DNA of 60,456 bases, filler included, from Sphacelaria rigidula (lineage: Eukaryota), in NCBI GenBank assembly GCA_964200075.2. It is 9 parts of 9 records of this genome, joined end to end, with 100 filler letters (N's around TTAATTAATTAA, not from the genome) between each part and the next. Parts side by side here need not be neighbours in the genome. Positions count along the whole stretch, not along the records: positions 1 to 6,629 come from CAXNAA020018957.1; positions 6,730 to 13,358 come from CAXNAA020018958.1; 7 more parts are not named here. One strand, given 5' to 3'. Each line of letters begins with the position of its first letter. Positions within the stretch are counted from its first letter, which is position 1. A program made the translations under genes and the position numbers. Shown piece by piece: positions 1-9,619 of this stretch. The notes under the pieces are model-generated. The model saw only the letters and a program-made list of their open reading frames with translations, searched no databases and was not told where the DNA came from.

Positions 1-68
1 GTGGGGGAAGCACTGTTTTAGGCTTGAGCCTCATCTCGAAGTTAAACCTCAATTCGCACAATTTGTTG

Positions 69-320
69 TTAATTAGTGAATAAGCCGTTTTGGTTCCGAA
101 ATGCACCTCCACAAGGCCCGATATTCTCGTGTAGTAGCTTGCCACTAAGATCCTCGATACCCCTGAGTAGGATGTCAACGTGTAGCTGAAGGCACATGGC
201 CGTGATGAGACGACGAAAAGCACACACGAAATGAGAAATTGGCCAAGTTAAAGGGAGTGAGTGATGAAAGCCACTCTCAATCCACACCCAACTCTCAATC
301 TCATGAAAACCTTGTTAACT
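69..320 (-). mobile_element. Interspersed repeat (MITE-like) with ACTCTCAATC-doublet termini; related copies at 6730-6830, 45595-45865, 32783-32828
   Basis: The reverse complement of 69-260 aligns by eye with 45620-45810 (gtggcaagctactaca...tttcggaac..aaacg) and with 6738-6780. In the 45.6-kb copy, gattgagagtg and cactctcaatc form inverted termini. Confidence 0.65.
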
Positions 321-950
321 ACACTCTGAATCTCACGAATATAGTGTTATTTCTCGATTTTGCGTTGTTGAGGCAATACGGAGTAGTCATACCCCGTTTT
401 TCGAGAGGGTGTTGATCCACGAACACTTTTTTCCACATATACCGAGAAACTGAAAAGTTGGCCTACGATGCGGACCGTTTCGGTGAAACAAAAAAATCAA
501 AATATCGAAGAGCAAGAACCCGGTCTGTACACGTATGGAACCCCGAACGGTTGGTGAGCCCGTAACTCGTTCAAAGCTCGTCGTAGATACAGCACATCAT
601 ATACATACACGTGAACTTCGTCTCTGATACTCAAGTTTGGAATAAAAACGGCTAACGTGAATTCCTCAGATTTGTTTCTTCACATCCCGATGTCTCGGTT
701 ATCGGAATCCAAAGTTGATATTATGATGGTGCATTGCAGATATCCATAGCTTCCAGTAGGTGAAGGAATGTAACAATGTTTCCAAGAATTGATGTAAATA
801 CGAAGATTTTGAGTTATATCGTGTCACCCTCCCAAATGAGAAGCTACATCCTCAATTTCGATGATAGGGTGTTCGCTGGAATGTTCCGCGCAAAATCCGT
901 ATTTCTCGTGGTCGATGCCAACCCGAATACTGAGTGTTTACCGCTGTTTG

Positions 951-1433
951 AGGCCGGAGGTTATGGAACACAGATTTTTGGCTCACGGATTGTTCACTTT
1001 TGGGACCTTTCGGCAACCTTTCGAACCCCGAACAGGGAAAATGGTCAACACACGTCTCGGACACTTGCAACTGTGCATAGAGAGGAGCCTAATCTGCTTT
1101 TCAGATTCGCTCGCCTCCAAGGATTCAAGATTACCCGCTGAGCAATAATTCGTGGGCAAACATCTGCGCTTGCCGACCCCCGCCAGTTTGCCCAATAGTA
1201 TGTGGAGATCGCCGCAGATTTCTTTGCACACGGATTATTGTTCAGCGGCTGCTCTCGAAACCTTGTAGCCAAGCGAATCTGAAAAGCGGGCTAGGGTCCC
1301 CTCTGTGGGGTGATGCAAAGTGTCCAAGACGTGTGTGGACAATTTTCCCTGTTTGGGGGTCGAAAAGTGGCTCAAACGTTCCAAAAGTGAACAATCCGTG
1401 GGCCAAAAATCTGTGTGCCGTAACATCAGGCCT
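951..1433. repeat. Long imperfect inverted repeat (about 220-bp arms, about 45-bp loop)
   Basis: 951-1168 is the reverse complement of about 1213-1433. The ORF track gives the same peptide (HRFLAHGLFTFGTF...GK.V.TRLGH) on opposite strands. Confidence 0.85.
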
Positions 1434-2507
1434 GAGGTCTATTTCTGTCGACACTGTTTTTCGGAGATCCCTGGTAATCGAGGCGTCTTCAGACCACAGC
1501 GAACTCCGAAAATTGGCGTGTTTTTTTTCAAGCTTTATGTTAGGAGAAGCCTGAACACGACTGTAGCGCAACACTTTGCAGAGCTGCCCTATGAGCACAC
1601 CGTGGCGCTCGCAAGCGTTCGAGAGTCATCATGAACCTTGCTAGTGATTCTCTGGGTCATGTCGTGAAGTAAAAAGCACCGTGGGTAAGCGGTGTCCATC
1701 TTCTCAGAAGAAGCCGTGTGCGTTGGCAGTGGTGGTAGTGCTGCTGGGGTCAAGCACAGTGGTCGTCGTTTGCAGGACACATGCACTCTCGAAGTGAAGA
1801 GCAGGAACAATCCAGTAGCTATACCCACATGCCCAGTCTGCTGCTACGAGTGTACGCTGTCACACCGCTGTGGATTTCATAGCTGGTGATATAGTGGGAG
1901 TATCCGCGCAAACAATTGATGGACAGCAAGCCTGCTGCAATGATTTCTGGTGATCCGGTATATAAATCGGTGAAATTCTCGCGTTTGCTACCTGGGAGGC
2001 ACTCCCAACAGCGACATGTTTCGCTAGAAAATGGGAATGCTTTTGACCGGGTGTTCAAAGTTGATGTGGTAATATTCAGCCACTTTTGCTGGGGTGGGAA
2101 ACACCTTCTTTGATGAATGATTGCAATAAAATCAGTTCTGGCTCTTCGCCGTGGATATGGCGAAACGGGTGAAGAATAAACTTCGAGAAAATAGTCGCAT
2201 TGGCTCAAGATAGTCCGCGTTTTGTCCAAACCCCGCTTACATTCCGGATCGGATGGAGTACGATTTTCCCGTACAGCAGCCGGTCACCGACATCGCTCAG
2301 AGAAGGATATTTTTCATGTCGGATCATCAGTTTGTTCAACTGATGCAAAAAATGTCGGCCTGTGTAGCCCCGTCTCGCCCTCCTCTCGTTTCCCCTCGTA
2401 GGGTTTTGTGGTACGGCTCCTACAAAACTCGTTGCGTCTCCCTCGTCCCAACCCTATAACTTCGAGCGGAACATTCAGGGTCGCAATTCTCATGTCCCTG
2501 GTAGGGG

Positions 2508-2711
2508 CGCAGTGCGTGGGAGGACCGGGTGCTTAGAGGAACGCATTGTTGCTCGGAGCACCTCAGGATCGACGTTTTCCAAAACCGATCGGGCTGGTCC
2601 CTGCAGGGACCACGCCCCTGACCTGACCCCAACGCTAACGTTAACCTCAACCATGGGGGTGTCCAAATTCTGATGTGGTGCCCTGAGCACGCGATCCTCC
2701 CACGCATTACA
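2508..2711 (+). mobile_element. Diverged copy of the ~208-bp TGTAATGCG MITE
   Basis: TIR remnants gtgcgtgggaggaccgggtgcttagagga ... gagcacgcgatcctcccacgcattaca, with an interior like 5822-6030. Confidence 0.75.
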
Positions 2712-3332
2712 GGGAATCATCCGTACGTGCTGCGGAAGCTATGAAAGCAACATAGCAGCGTCCCATATATTGGGAAAATATACACAAACATACACCAGCA
2801 GGTAGATCAACGAAGGTTTGAACTGCTTCTCGCGGATGAGCAATCAGTAGCGGAGAGTGTATTTGAAGAGCAATGCTACGGTAGGGGTGCACTTATTTCG
2901 CGAAATTATGTCTAGTTCAGGGGCTCCCAATGATTCTAGATGCACAAAATATGTGTCAGGGCATCCCCGTTTGCATATTCATTCGGGATATCCCCAGCAC
3001 ATTGGAGTAGGAATCCTGCCGTACTTGCACATGCCTTCATAGGTCGTGTTTTGCATGAGATAAAGGGTTCCTAACAATTCTAATTTCACAAAATATATGT
3101 GCACCCCTACCGTAGCATCACTCTGAAACAAGCATCAACAGGCAACGATTCTTGAATATTACTAATATATCGCTTGAGTACCCCACCTATTTCCGCAGAA
3201 AACCTGAAACCAACGAGTAGCTTGTCCTCGGTCTTCTCGTGCGCCTGACCCCCAACCTTCCGGTCCCCATTCTCACATGTGTCATTAATACAATGGGCCA
3301 CCCACTCGGTCAGACAGAGAATTTGCGGCAAG

Positions 3333-3461
3333 ATGAAGGCAGTCCAGGGTGTGGCGCTTCTCGCTCTCGTGGCAGCTTCTGGAGCCGAGCGCTCCGGTCA
3401 TCGAGGTCTAAGGCAAGCGGGGAGCAGACGTCTGTCGAACCACACAACGCACAATTTTGAG
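3333..3461 (+). CDS. Exon 1 of a putative secreted protein (signal peptide, RGLR and RRL motifs)
   Basis: ATG at 3333 gives MKAVQGVALLALVAASGAERSGHRGLRQAGSRRLSNHTTHNFE, then donor GTGAGA at 3462 (phase 0). The N-terminus is hydrophobic and signal-like. Confidence 0.7.
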
Positions 3462-4605
3462 GTGAGAGAAATGAGCGACCTGACCTATTAAGGCTCGACG
3501 CTGAGGAGATGTGAAACACATATGTTGTGGAGGCAGTCGTATCGCTGTTCTATTTGACGATATGGTAGCAAGGAAAAGGCCCGCTATCTCTCGATGAAAA
3601 GATTCACCGCTTGGCTACAAAATGATATATAGTCGCGCCTGTGCGAATGACCACATCGAAGTGTTTGGACCACAGTACATTTGCATGATTTGTGTATAAG
3701 GTTTCATCATCACCTCTATTCTTTGGAAGTTGCTGCGCATTATAATATCATGTTCGTTCAAGGGTTTCCCCCGCTAGACCATGTGGTCAGCGCTGCTATA
3801 TACTCGGTTACTGGTGTACACCTTCTAACAAAATGAGTACGACACAACTTCGATTCTCGATACGACTACTTCTCCTTTCCCGTGGGTGGAGGAAAGACTT
3901 TCCCCGTCGTCGTGAAAGAACATCAAAATTCACTGGATCGTGTTGCAGTGTTGGCGAATAGAAACCCGAAGGATCGTGTCGAGAGGGCTTTCGAGCTACA
4001 AAATCCCTTTTTCTTCGTCCGAGGACCTTTACCACACTAGACCAAGTAGTCAGCAGCGCTGAGTACTTGACGTAGTCTTGAAACCCTCTAATAATAAACA
4101 TAGCACTGCTACCACTGGCACTGTTACTGGTAATACGTATATGCTACCACCACCACCACCAGCAGCAGCAGCAGCAGCAGCACCGCTGTAATGTACCGCC
4201 CACTCGTGTTCGATATAACAAAAAATCGAAAGCGAAAGGTCTGCTGATGATGTCGTTTGTGGGTTATTGTGGGGCATTCTGACCGCGCTTCAAGTACGAC
4301 TTGGCAAACTTAATTGTGGCAGAAAAAGATCATCACGGAAATAACCCAGATTGTACAGTATGTTTCCCGATTCTCACGTTGGTGTCGACTTACCTCAGCG
4401 TCTCGATGATTGTGCCTTTTGAAACGTAATTGAAAGTCTTCTCAGTTGTACAGTTGTGGCAGAATGATTTCCGCGTCCAGTGCTCGATGCAGACTTTTTG
4501 TATCTGCGATACATACACCTGAAAGATAACGATGAACCGCACGCACACATATCTGCCGCATGTACGCCCGAACAAAATCAATGCTTTCGCCATCTCCATT
4601 TGCAG

Positions 4606-4887
4606 CAACTGTACTTCTTCGAGGCGATGCCCGATAATTCCACCGTGACCTTAGTGGCGTCCGGACCGTTCAAGCTGGAAGCCTCGTGCAAGACTATTCG
4701 TTATCAGGTCTCCTCTACATCTACCTCAGGCTTCAACTACGCCACCTACGAGGTCGATGATGATAAGATATCCTCTTTCAGCATTCCTGGGGCTTCCAGC
4801 TACTCATACGGTTTCGACGACGAATCGACTTCGACAGACGGCGAAGACCCCGCCGTGCGTTGGTCCGGCTTCCGGAATTACAATGTT
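4606..4887 (+). CDS. Exon 2 of the putative secreted protein
   Basis: Acceptor ctccatttgcag, donor GTAAGT at 4888. 282 nt, phase 0-0, in frame with exon 1 (QLYFFEAMPDNSTVTL...WSGFRNYNV). Confidence 0.75.
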
Positions 4888-4952
4888 GTAAGTGACATGA
4901 TGAGCCATGCACACGGAGAAAAAGCCGATGTACATCATTACCATGAAACACG

Positions 4953-4960
<8 letters not shown>

Positions 4961-5021
<61 letters not shown>
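4961..5021. repeat. (CA)n microsatellite in an intron
   Basis: Perfect CA dinucleotide run. Confidence 0.95.
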
Positions 5022-5023
<2 letters not shown>

Positions 5024-5677
5024 CAGAAAGCTCCAGGTGTTTGCCTGAGATGAACAATGAGCTCATCGTCATGTCCCACCACTTTCACAGTAAAAAGCAG
5101 GTTTTCCAGGCGCTCTATGAAAGGCTCGACAGGTCGTTGCGCGAGCGTCTTCGAATGATAGTTTCAGCCGTTCGCTGATGTTCATCGGCTTTGGGAGTAT
5201 TACCTAGGGTTCGGGTTAGTGTCGGGGTTAGGGTCAGGGGCGTGGTCCCCGCGGGAACTGGCACGATCGGTTTCGAAGACGTCGATCCTGCCTGGGGTGT
5301 TCGGAACTACGATGCGTTCCCCTAAACACCAAGTCCTCTCACGCAAAACAACGAGGAATTAGCGGCAACACTTCTCTCTCAATGTCTACAAACGAGGTCA
5401 AAACCGCTAAAAGTCGAGGTACTACCCAGTAGATTTTGCAGTCAAAGCGCCACGTAGCTGTTGCATGTGCTACACTGTATCGGTAGATGGATGAACAAGA
5501 CGATTCCGGCAGTCTTGTAACATATCAACACCAAAACGGAACCACCGAGATTTGCTTCTCTTAGCGTTTCGTGTTTTCACCTCGCATCACGTTTCCGTTG
5601 CCAGACTGCATTTATTTATTTGTTGACATCGGGTCGTTGTCTCATGCCTGTGTTTGCTCCGCCAACTCCCCGCGCAG

Positions 5678-5741
5678 CTGGCGCTGGAACTGACGTACTC
5701 TGCCAAATCGGACGACTACGTGTTCGGACCTCACGAATGGT
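5678..5741 (+). CDS. Exon 3 of the putative secreted protein (no stop found; gene probably continues)
   Basis: Acceptor ctccccgcgcag, donor GTGAGT at 5742. Phase-0 start gives LALELTYSAKSDDYVFGPHEW. Confidence 0.6.
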
Positions 5742-5821
5742 GTGAGTATGTACACGTGTAGGCATTTTGCGATTCATATACATTCATCGCTATTTTGCGA
5801 AAAATTCAAATGTGGCACGGT

Positions 5822-6030
5822 TGTAATGCGTGAGAGGACCGCGTGCTTAGAGGACCGCGCCGTAGTTCAAAAAACCTCAGGATCGCGTTTTCAAAACCAA
5901 TCGGGTCATTCCTTGGAGGTACCACGCCCCTGACCTCAACCCCAACACCAACCCTAACCCTAACCCTAACCACAGGGATGTTAAAATTCCGATGCGGTCC
6001 TCTAAGCACGCGGTCCTCTTACGCATTACA
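5822..6030 (+). mobile_element. MITE with ~36-bp TIRs (TGTAATGCGTGAGAGGACCGCGTGCTTAGAGGACCGC), 4-bp TSD CGGT and internal (CCCTAA)-like repeats
   Basis: TIRs at both ends, CGGT immediately on both flanks, interior accctaaccctaaccctaacc. Confidence 0.85.
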
Positions 6031-6083
6031 CGGTGACGCGGGAGATTTGCACCGCACCAGGGACTGATACTTTGGCGTCGAGG

Positions 6084-6291
6084 TGTCATGCGTGAGAGAA
6101 CCGCGTGCTTAGAGGCGCATTGTAGTTCGAAAGACCTCACGATCGATGTTTTTCAAATCCAATCGAGCCAGTCCCTACAGGGACCACGCCCCTGACCCTT
6201 ACCCCAACACTACCCTTACCCTAACCCTAACCATAGGGATATTCAAATGACGATGCGGTCCTCTAAGCACGCGGTCCTCTCACGCATTACA
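6084..6291 (+). mobile_element. Second full copy of the TGTAATGCG MITE
   Basis: Same TIRs and interior. Flanks GAGG/GAGA (3 of 4 match). Confidence 0.85.
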
Positions 6292-6410
6292 GAGATAACG
6301 AACGCATCCAGAAAAAATCCCACGGTTTGGCTCCAGCTCGCAAGTCGCCGCCTTACGCAGCGACTCCCATCCATACAAGTCGCCTCGGGGAAACAGGCGC
6401 GGGTGGCTGG

Positions 6411-6593
6411 TGTAATGCGTGAGAGGACCGCGTGCTTAGAAGATCGCATCGGAATTCGAACATCCCTATGGTTAGGGTAGGGTTGGGGTTAGTGTTGGGG
6501 TTAGAGTCAGGGGCGTGGTATAATGCGTGAGAGGACCGCGTGCTTAGAGGACTGCATCGGAATTTGAACACCCCTATGGTTAGGGTTAGGGTT
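6411..6593 (-). mobile_element. Two nested/truncated reverse copies of the TGTAATGCG MITE (starts at 6411 and 6519); another partial copy at about 5205-5345
   Basis: TIR followed by ggttagggtagggttgggg, and a second TIR starting inside the first copy. Confidence 0.75.
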
Positions 6594-6629
6594 GCCAGAA
6601 AAATGAGAACGTATTTTGAAATGAGAATC

Positions 6630-6729
6630 NNNNNNNNNNNNNNNNNNNNNNNNNNNNNNNNNNNNNNNNNNNNTTAATTAATTAANNNNNNNNNNNNNNN
6701 NNNNNNNNNNNNNNNNNNNNNNNNNNNNN
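6630..6729. other. Artificial contig spacer (N44-TTAATTAATTAA-N44); the same spacer occurs at 13359-13458, 20088-20187, 26817-26916, 33545-33644, 40273-40372, 47001-47100 and 53729-53828
   Basis: Eight identical 100-bp spacers carrying a stop-in-all-six-frames palindrome. The contigs between them are 6629,6629,6629,6629,6628,6628,6628,6628,6628 bp. Confidence 0.98.
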
Positions 6730-6999
6730 TCATGGAAGTGCATTTCGGAACTAAAACGATTCATTCACTCATTGACCGCTTTTCACTCTTAATCGTATCA
6801 TCTACTCTCAATCTCATTAAAACACTGTTTGTTGTGGCCAGGTCGGTCATTACGCGGGCGATTGCCCAACGTCTTCCGGTGGAGAGTCTGGGCAGTCTCA
6901 TGCCGCGCCCCATCAGCATCGTCAGCACAAGGGCAAAATACGAGGTAATCGTGGTGGCGGCGGCGGATCCACCGGCGATGGAGGGTCGCAGGCGAGCCC

Positions 7000-7037
<38 letters not shown>

Positions 7038-7299
7038 GGCAGCGGCGTCAGCATGGGCCTGGAAATGGGTCCGGCGCCGCCGTAGGTTCTGCTGCTCCGC
7101 AACGGGCGGTGCAGGTGGGACCGACTTCTACAGTGTCGAACACTGCGCCGGCGCCTGTGGTGGCGCCCGCGGCGACATCGGTAGCAGCGCCAGGCGCGAC
7201 GCCTGCTGATGCGCTGGTCGGAGGTTCGCCAAATTCTTGGTCTGCTGGCTGAGGGTCGTACCCGCCGGCGGTGCCGTTTGAACCTGCCGAGGCGTCTTC

Positions 7300-9480
7300 G
7301 CCTGCGCAGCTTGCGCAGCCGTGGCGTCAAGTGGGATTAGCGGCACATCGATCGGCCAATAGATTGACAGTGGAGTTTGCGGACAGGTACGTCCTGCGGA
7401 GCTGTGCATTCCAAATCAACGGGAGCGTGGAGCCATTGCGGTTCAGGCTACGTGGGATTCTGGCGCCCACTTGACGGGCCATGTGAGTCTTTCGGTATAA
7501 ATTGTAGAGGTTTTGGAGAGTCTTCTCCCGGGTGTGGCGCTGCACATTCCGTTTTCGCTCGGGGCGCGGCAGCCGTCACCGCGTCGGATCAGCATGTTTA
7601 CGTCACAGAGCGTACTGTTCCGCTGCAGCTGACTTTGATGACTTCCTGGGGGCCGGCGCCGTTGCCTCCGATCTCGTTTGCGATCATGCCGGGGTAGGAT
7701 GGAGTTATTCTTCTGGGGTTGCCCATGGTTCAGGATATTGGAGTCAACGGTCGGCGGTTGTGGGACTCGATGAAGACGCGGATGTCTCCGCCTGGTCCAC
7801 GCTTGGAGACGCCCGCGGTTTTGGGCAGCTGTCGCGTGAGCTTGTCGGTGGATGCGTTTCAGGAGGCTGGGTGGCAGGTGATCGAGGAGCAGGATGCGAC
7901 GGTGGAACGCTTGGTAGAGCGCGGCCCGGACATGTTCATGATTCCGGCGGAAAGCGAGTCCGCTCGGAAGATCGCGCCGGAGGAAAGCGTGACGGATGCT
8001 GGGGCGACAGGCCTCAGCGTCTCAGAAGCGGAACGCCTGCGCGGTATATTGCATTGCCACGCCAACGCGTTTCGTCGTGCGCTGCAGGGTGATCCCCCTG
8101 CGCGCGTGGAGCCCATGCGTGTTCAGCCAAAACCTGGGGCGTCCGCGGTGAAAATGAAGCCGCGGCGGTACGATCCAGTGACGTCGAATTGGTTGGCATT
8201 GTTCATGGTGGCTCTATTGGCGCTCGGGTTGGTGTTACGGAATTTGCAGGGGGGGTGGTCCAGTCCAGATATGGCGTTTCCGAAGAAGGCTGCATCGTGG
8301 ACGGAGGGCAGGCTGCAGGCGTGGGCGGCAGCGAAGGATCTGGTGACTCATGCCTTGACGCTGCTCCATCCTCATCCTGATTGTCAGGTGTCAATGTTTC
8401 CGGCTGCATTTGAGTGCCAATGGGGTAGTTTGGTCATTCAGGTGCCCACAGTTGAAATTTAAATACCTGTGCGCGCTGTGGCTGTGTATGGTCCGTGTGA
8501 ACCTGATGACTCGTGCCGCCCAAATATGTTGTCCGCCAAGCGCAACGAAAAGACCTTGGGGCCGAAGATGCGGATGTGCAATCTTTCGAGTCGGACGTTG
8601 GCACTGCTATCTTGGATATTGAAGGTCTGTTTCGTGTGCATGTGCGTGGCCGAAACGTGTTGTGGATTCCGAGCTCTGACAAACAGTTGCAGGTACGTCC
8701 GATGATTTGCGCGCACATGCGCGACACCGGGCATCATGATGTGGCTGCGACGCTCGAGCGCTTGCAAGAGGTTTGTGTCTGGCAGGGGAGAGAAACTCAT
8801 GTGCGCGAATTTGTCCGCCAGTGTCTTCACTGTGCTGACTCCAGGGCGGGCGATATCGTTCCCCGCCCGCTCGGCGGAACGGTCCATGGGACCACGCCGA
8901 ATGAAGTCGTTCATTTTGACTTCTTGTACGTGGGCGAGAGTGGCCCGCTAGCTTCCCAAGGTTTGTCGGAGGATGCGGGGTTCCGATACATTTTGGTAAT
9001 CATGGATGATTTGAGCAACTTTGTGGCTCTGGAACCAGTAGCAGTGTGTACTGCTGAATCGACTGCTGCGTCTTTGCTGAATTGGTGCAAAACTTTGGGG
9101 GTGCCCCGCGTGTGGGTGAGTGATACCGCCACGCATTCAAGAATGCGATCTTGGTCCGATTGCGAGAGGCTTTGCGCGTTGATCATCTGTTTGCGGTAGC
9201 ATATTCTTCGTGGTCTAACGGTACGTGCGAACGCATGGTCAAGGAAGTAGTTCGTGCTCTTCGCTCTATTCTTCTCGAGCAGCATCGAGAGGTGACTGAG
9301 TGGATAGGTGTTGCCCGCTGTGCAATGGGCGCTAAATACAGCATATCGACGTCGGTACGATAGTACGCCGTATCACGTGATGTTTGGCCGTGCCTCTCGG
9401 ACGTCTTTCTCGGTGTTGGCGTCCTCGTCGGCGGGGGAGTGGTTCTGCGATGTCTTAAACGATGCGCAACTGAAGTCCCT
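7300..9480 (+). mobile_element. Degenerate Ty3/Gypsy pol: RT N-terminus fused to the RT/RNaseH linker, then integrase (H2C2 zinc finger and core) with frameshifts
   Basis: ORF 7719-8462 has WSSPDMAFPKK and WT..RLQAW..AK.LV..A..L.HP.PD. ORF 8513-9199 has AH...GH...CLHC, VHFDFL, YILVIMDDLS, VWVSDTATH. It continues in 9151-9363 (SNGTCERM) and 9308 (LPAVQWALNT...TPYHVMFG). Confidence 0.9.
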
Positions 9481-9619
9481 GATCTTGTTGACGCGTCTTA
9501 GTGTAGCCGTGGTAACGCGGCGATCCCATTCATGTCTTAAACGATCCCATCCAATCCGGAGAAGTCCCTGATCTTGTTGACCGCTCTGGGCTATCCGTAA
9601 ACCGTTTGCGGATCTTGGT

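Noticed and set aside
4778..5178. ORFs with poly-CV or poly-HT tracts (also near 25330 and 25680)
   Set aside because: They are translations of (CA)n microsatellites. Only 4606-4887 of ORF 4480-5178 looks exonic.
5930..6593. A true telomere at the end of contig 1
   Set aside because: The CCCTAA/TTAGGG units are few, degenerate and enclosed in MITE TIRs.
6674..6685. TTAATTAATTAA recurring about every 6.7 kb as a biological periodic motif
   Set aside because: It is always centred in N runs of fixed length, so it is an artificial linker.
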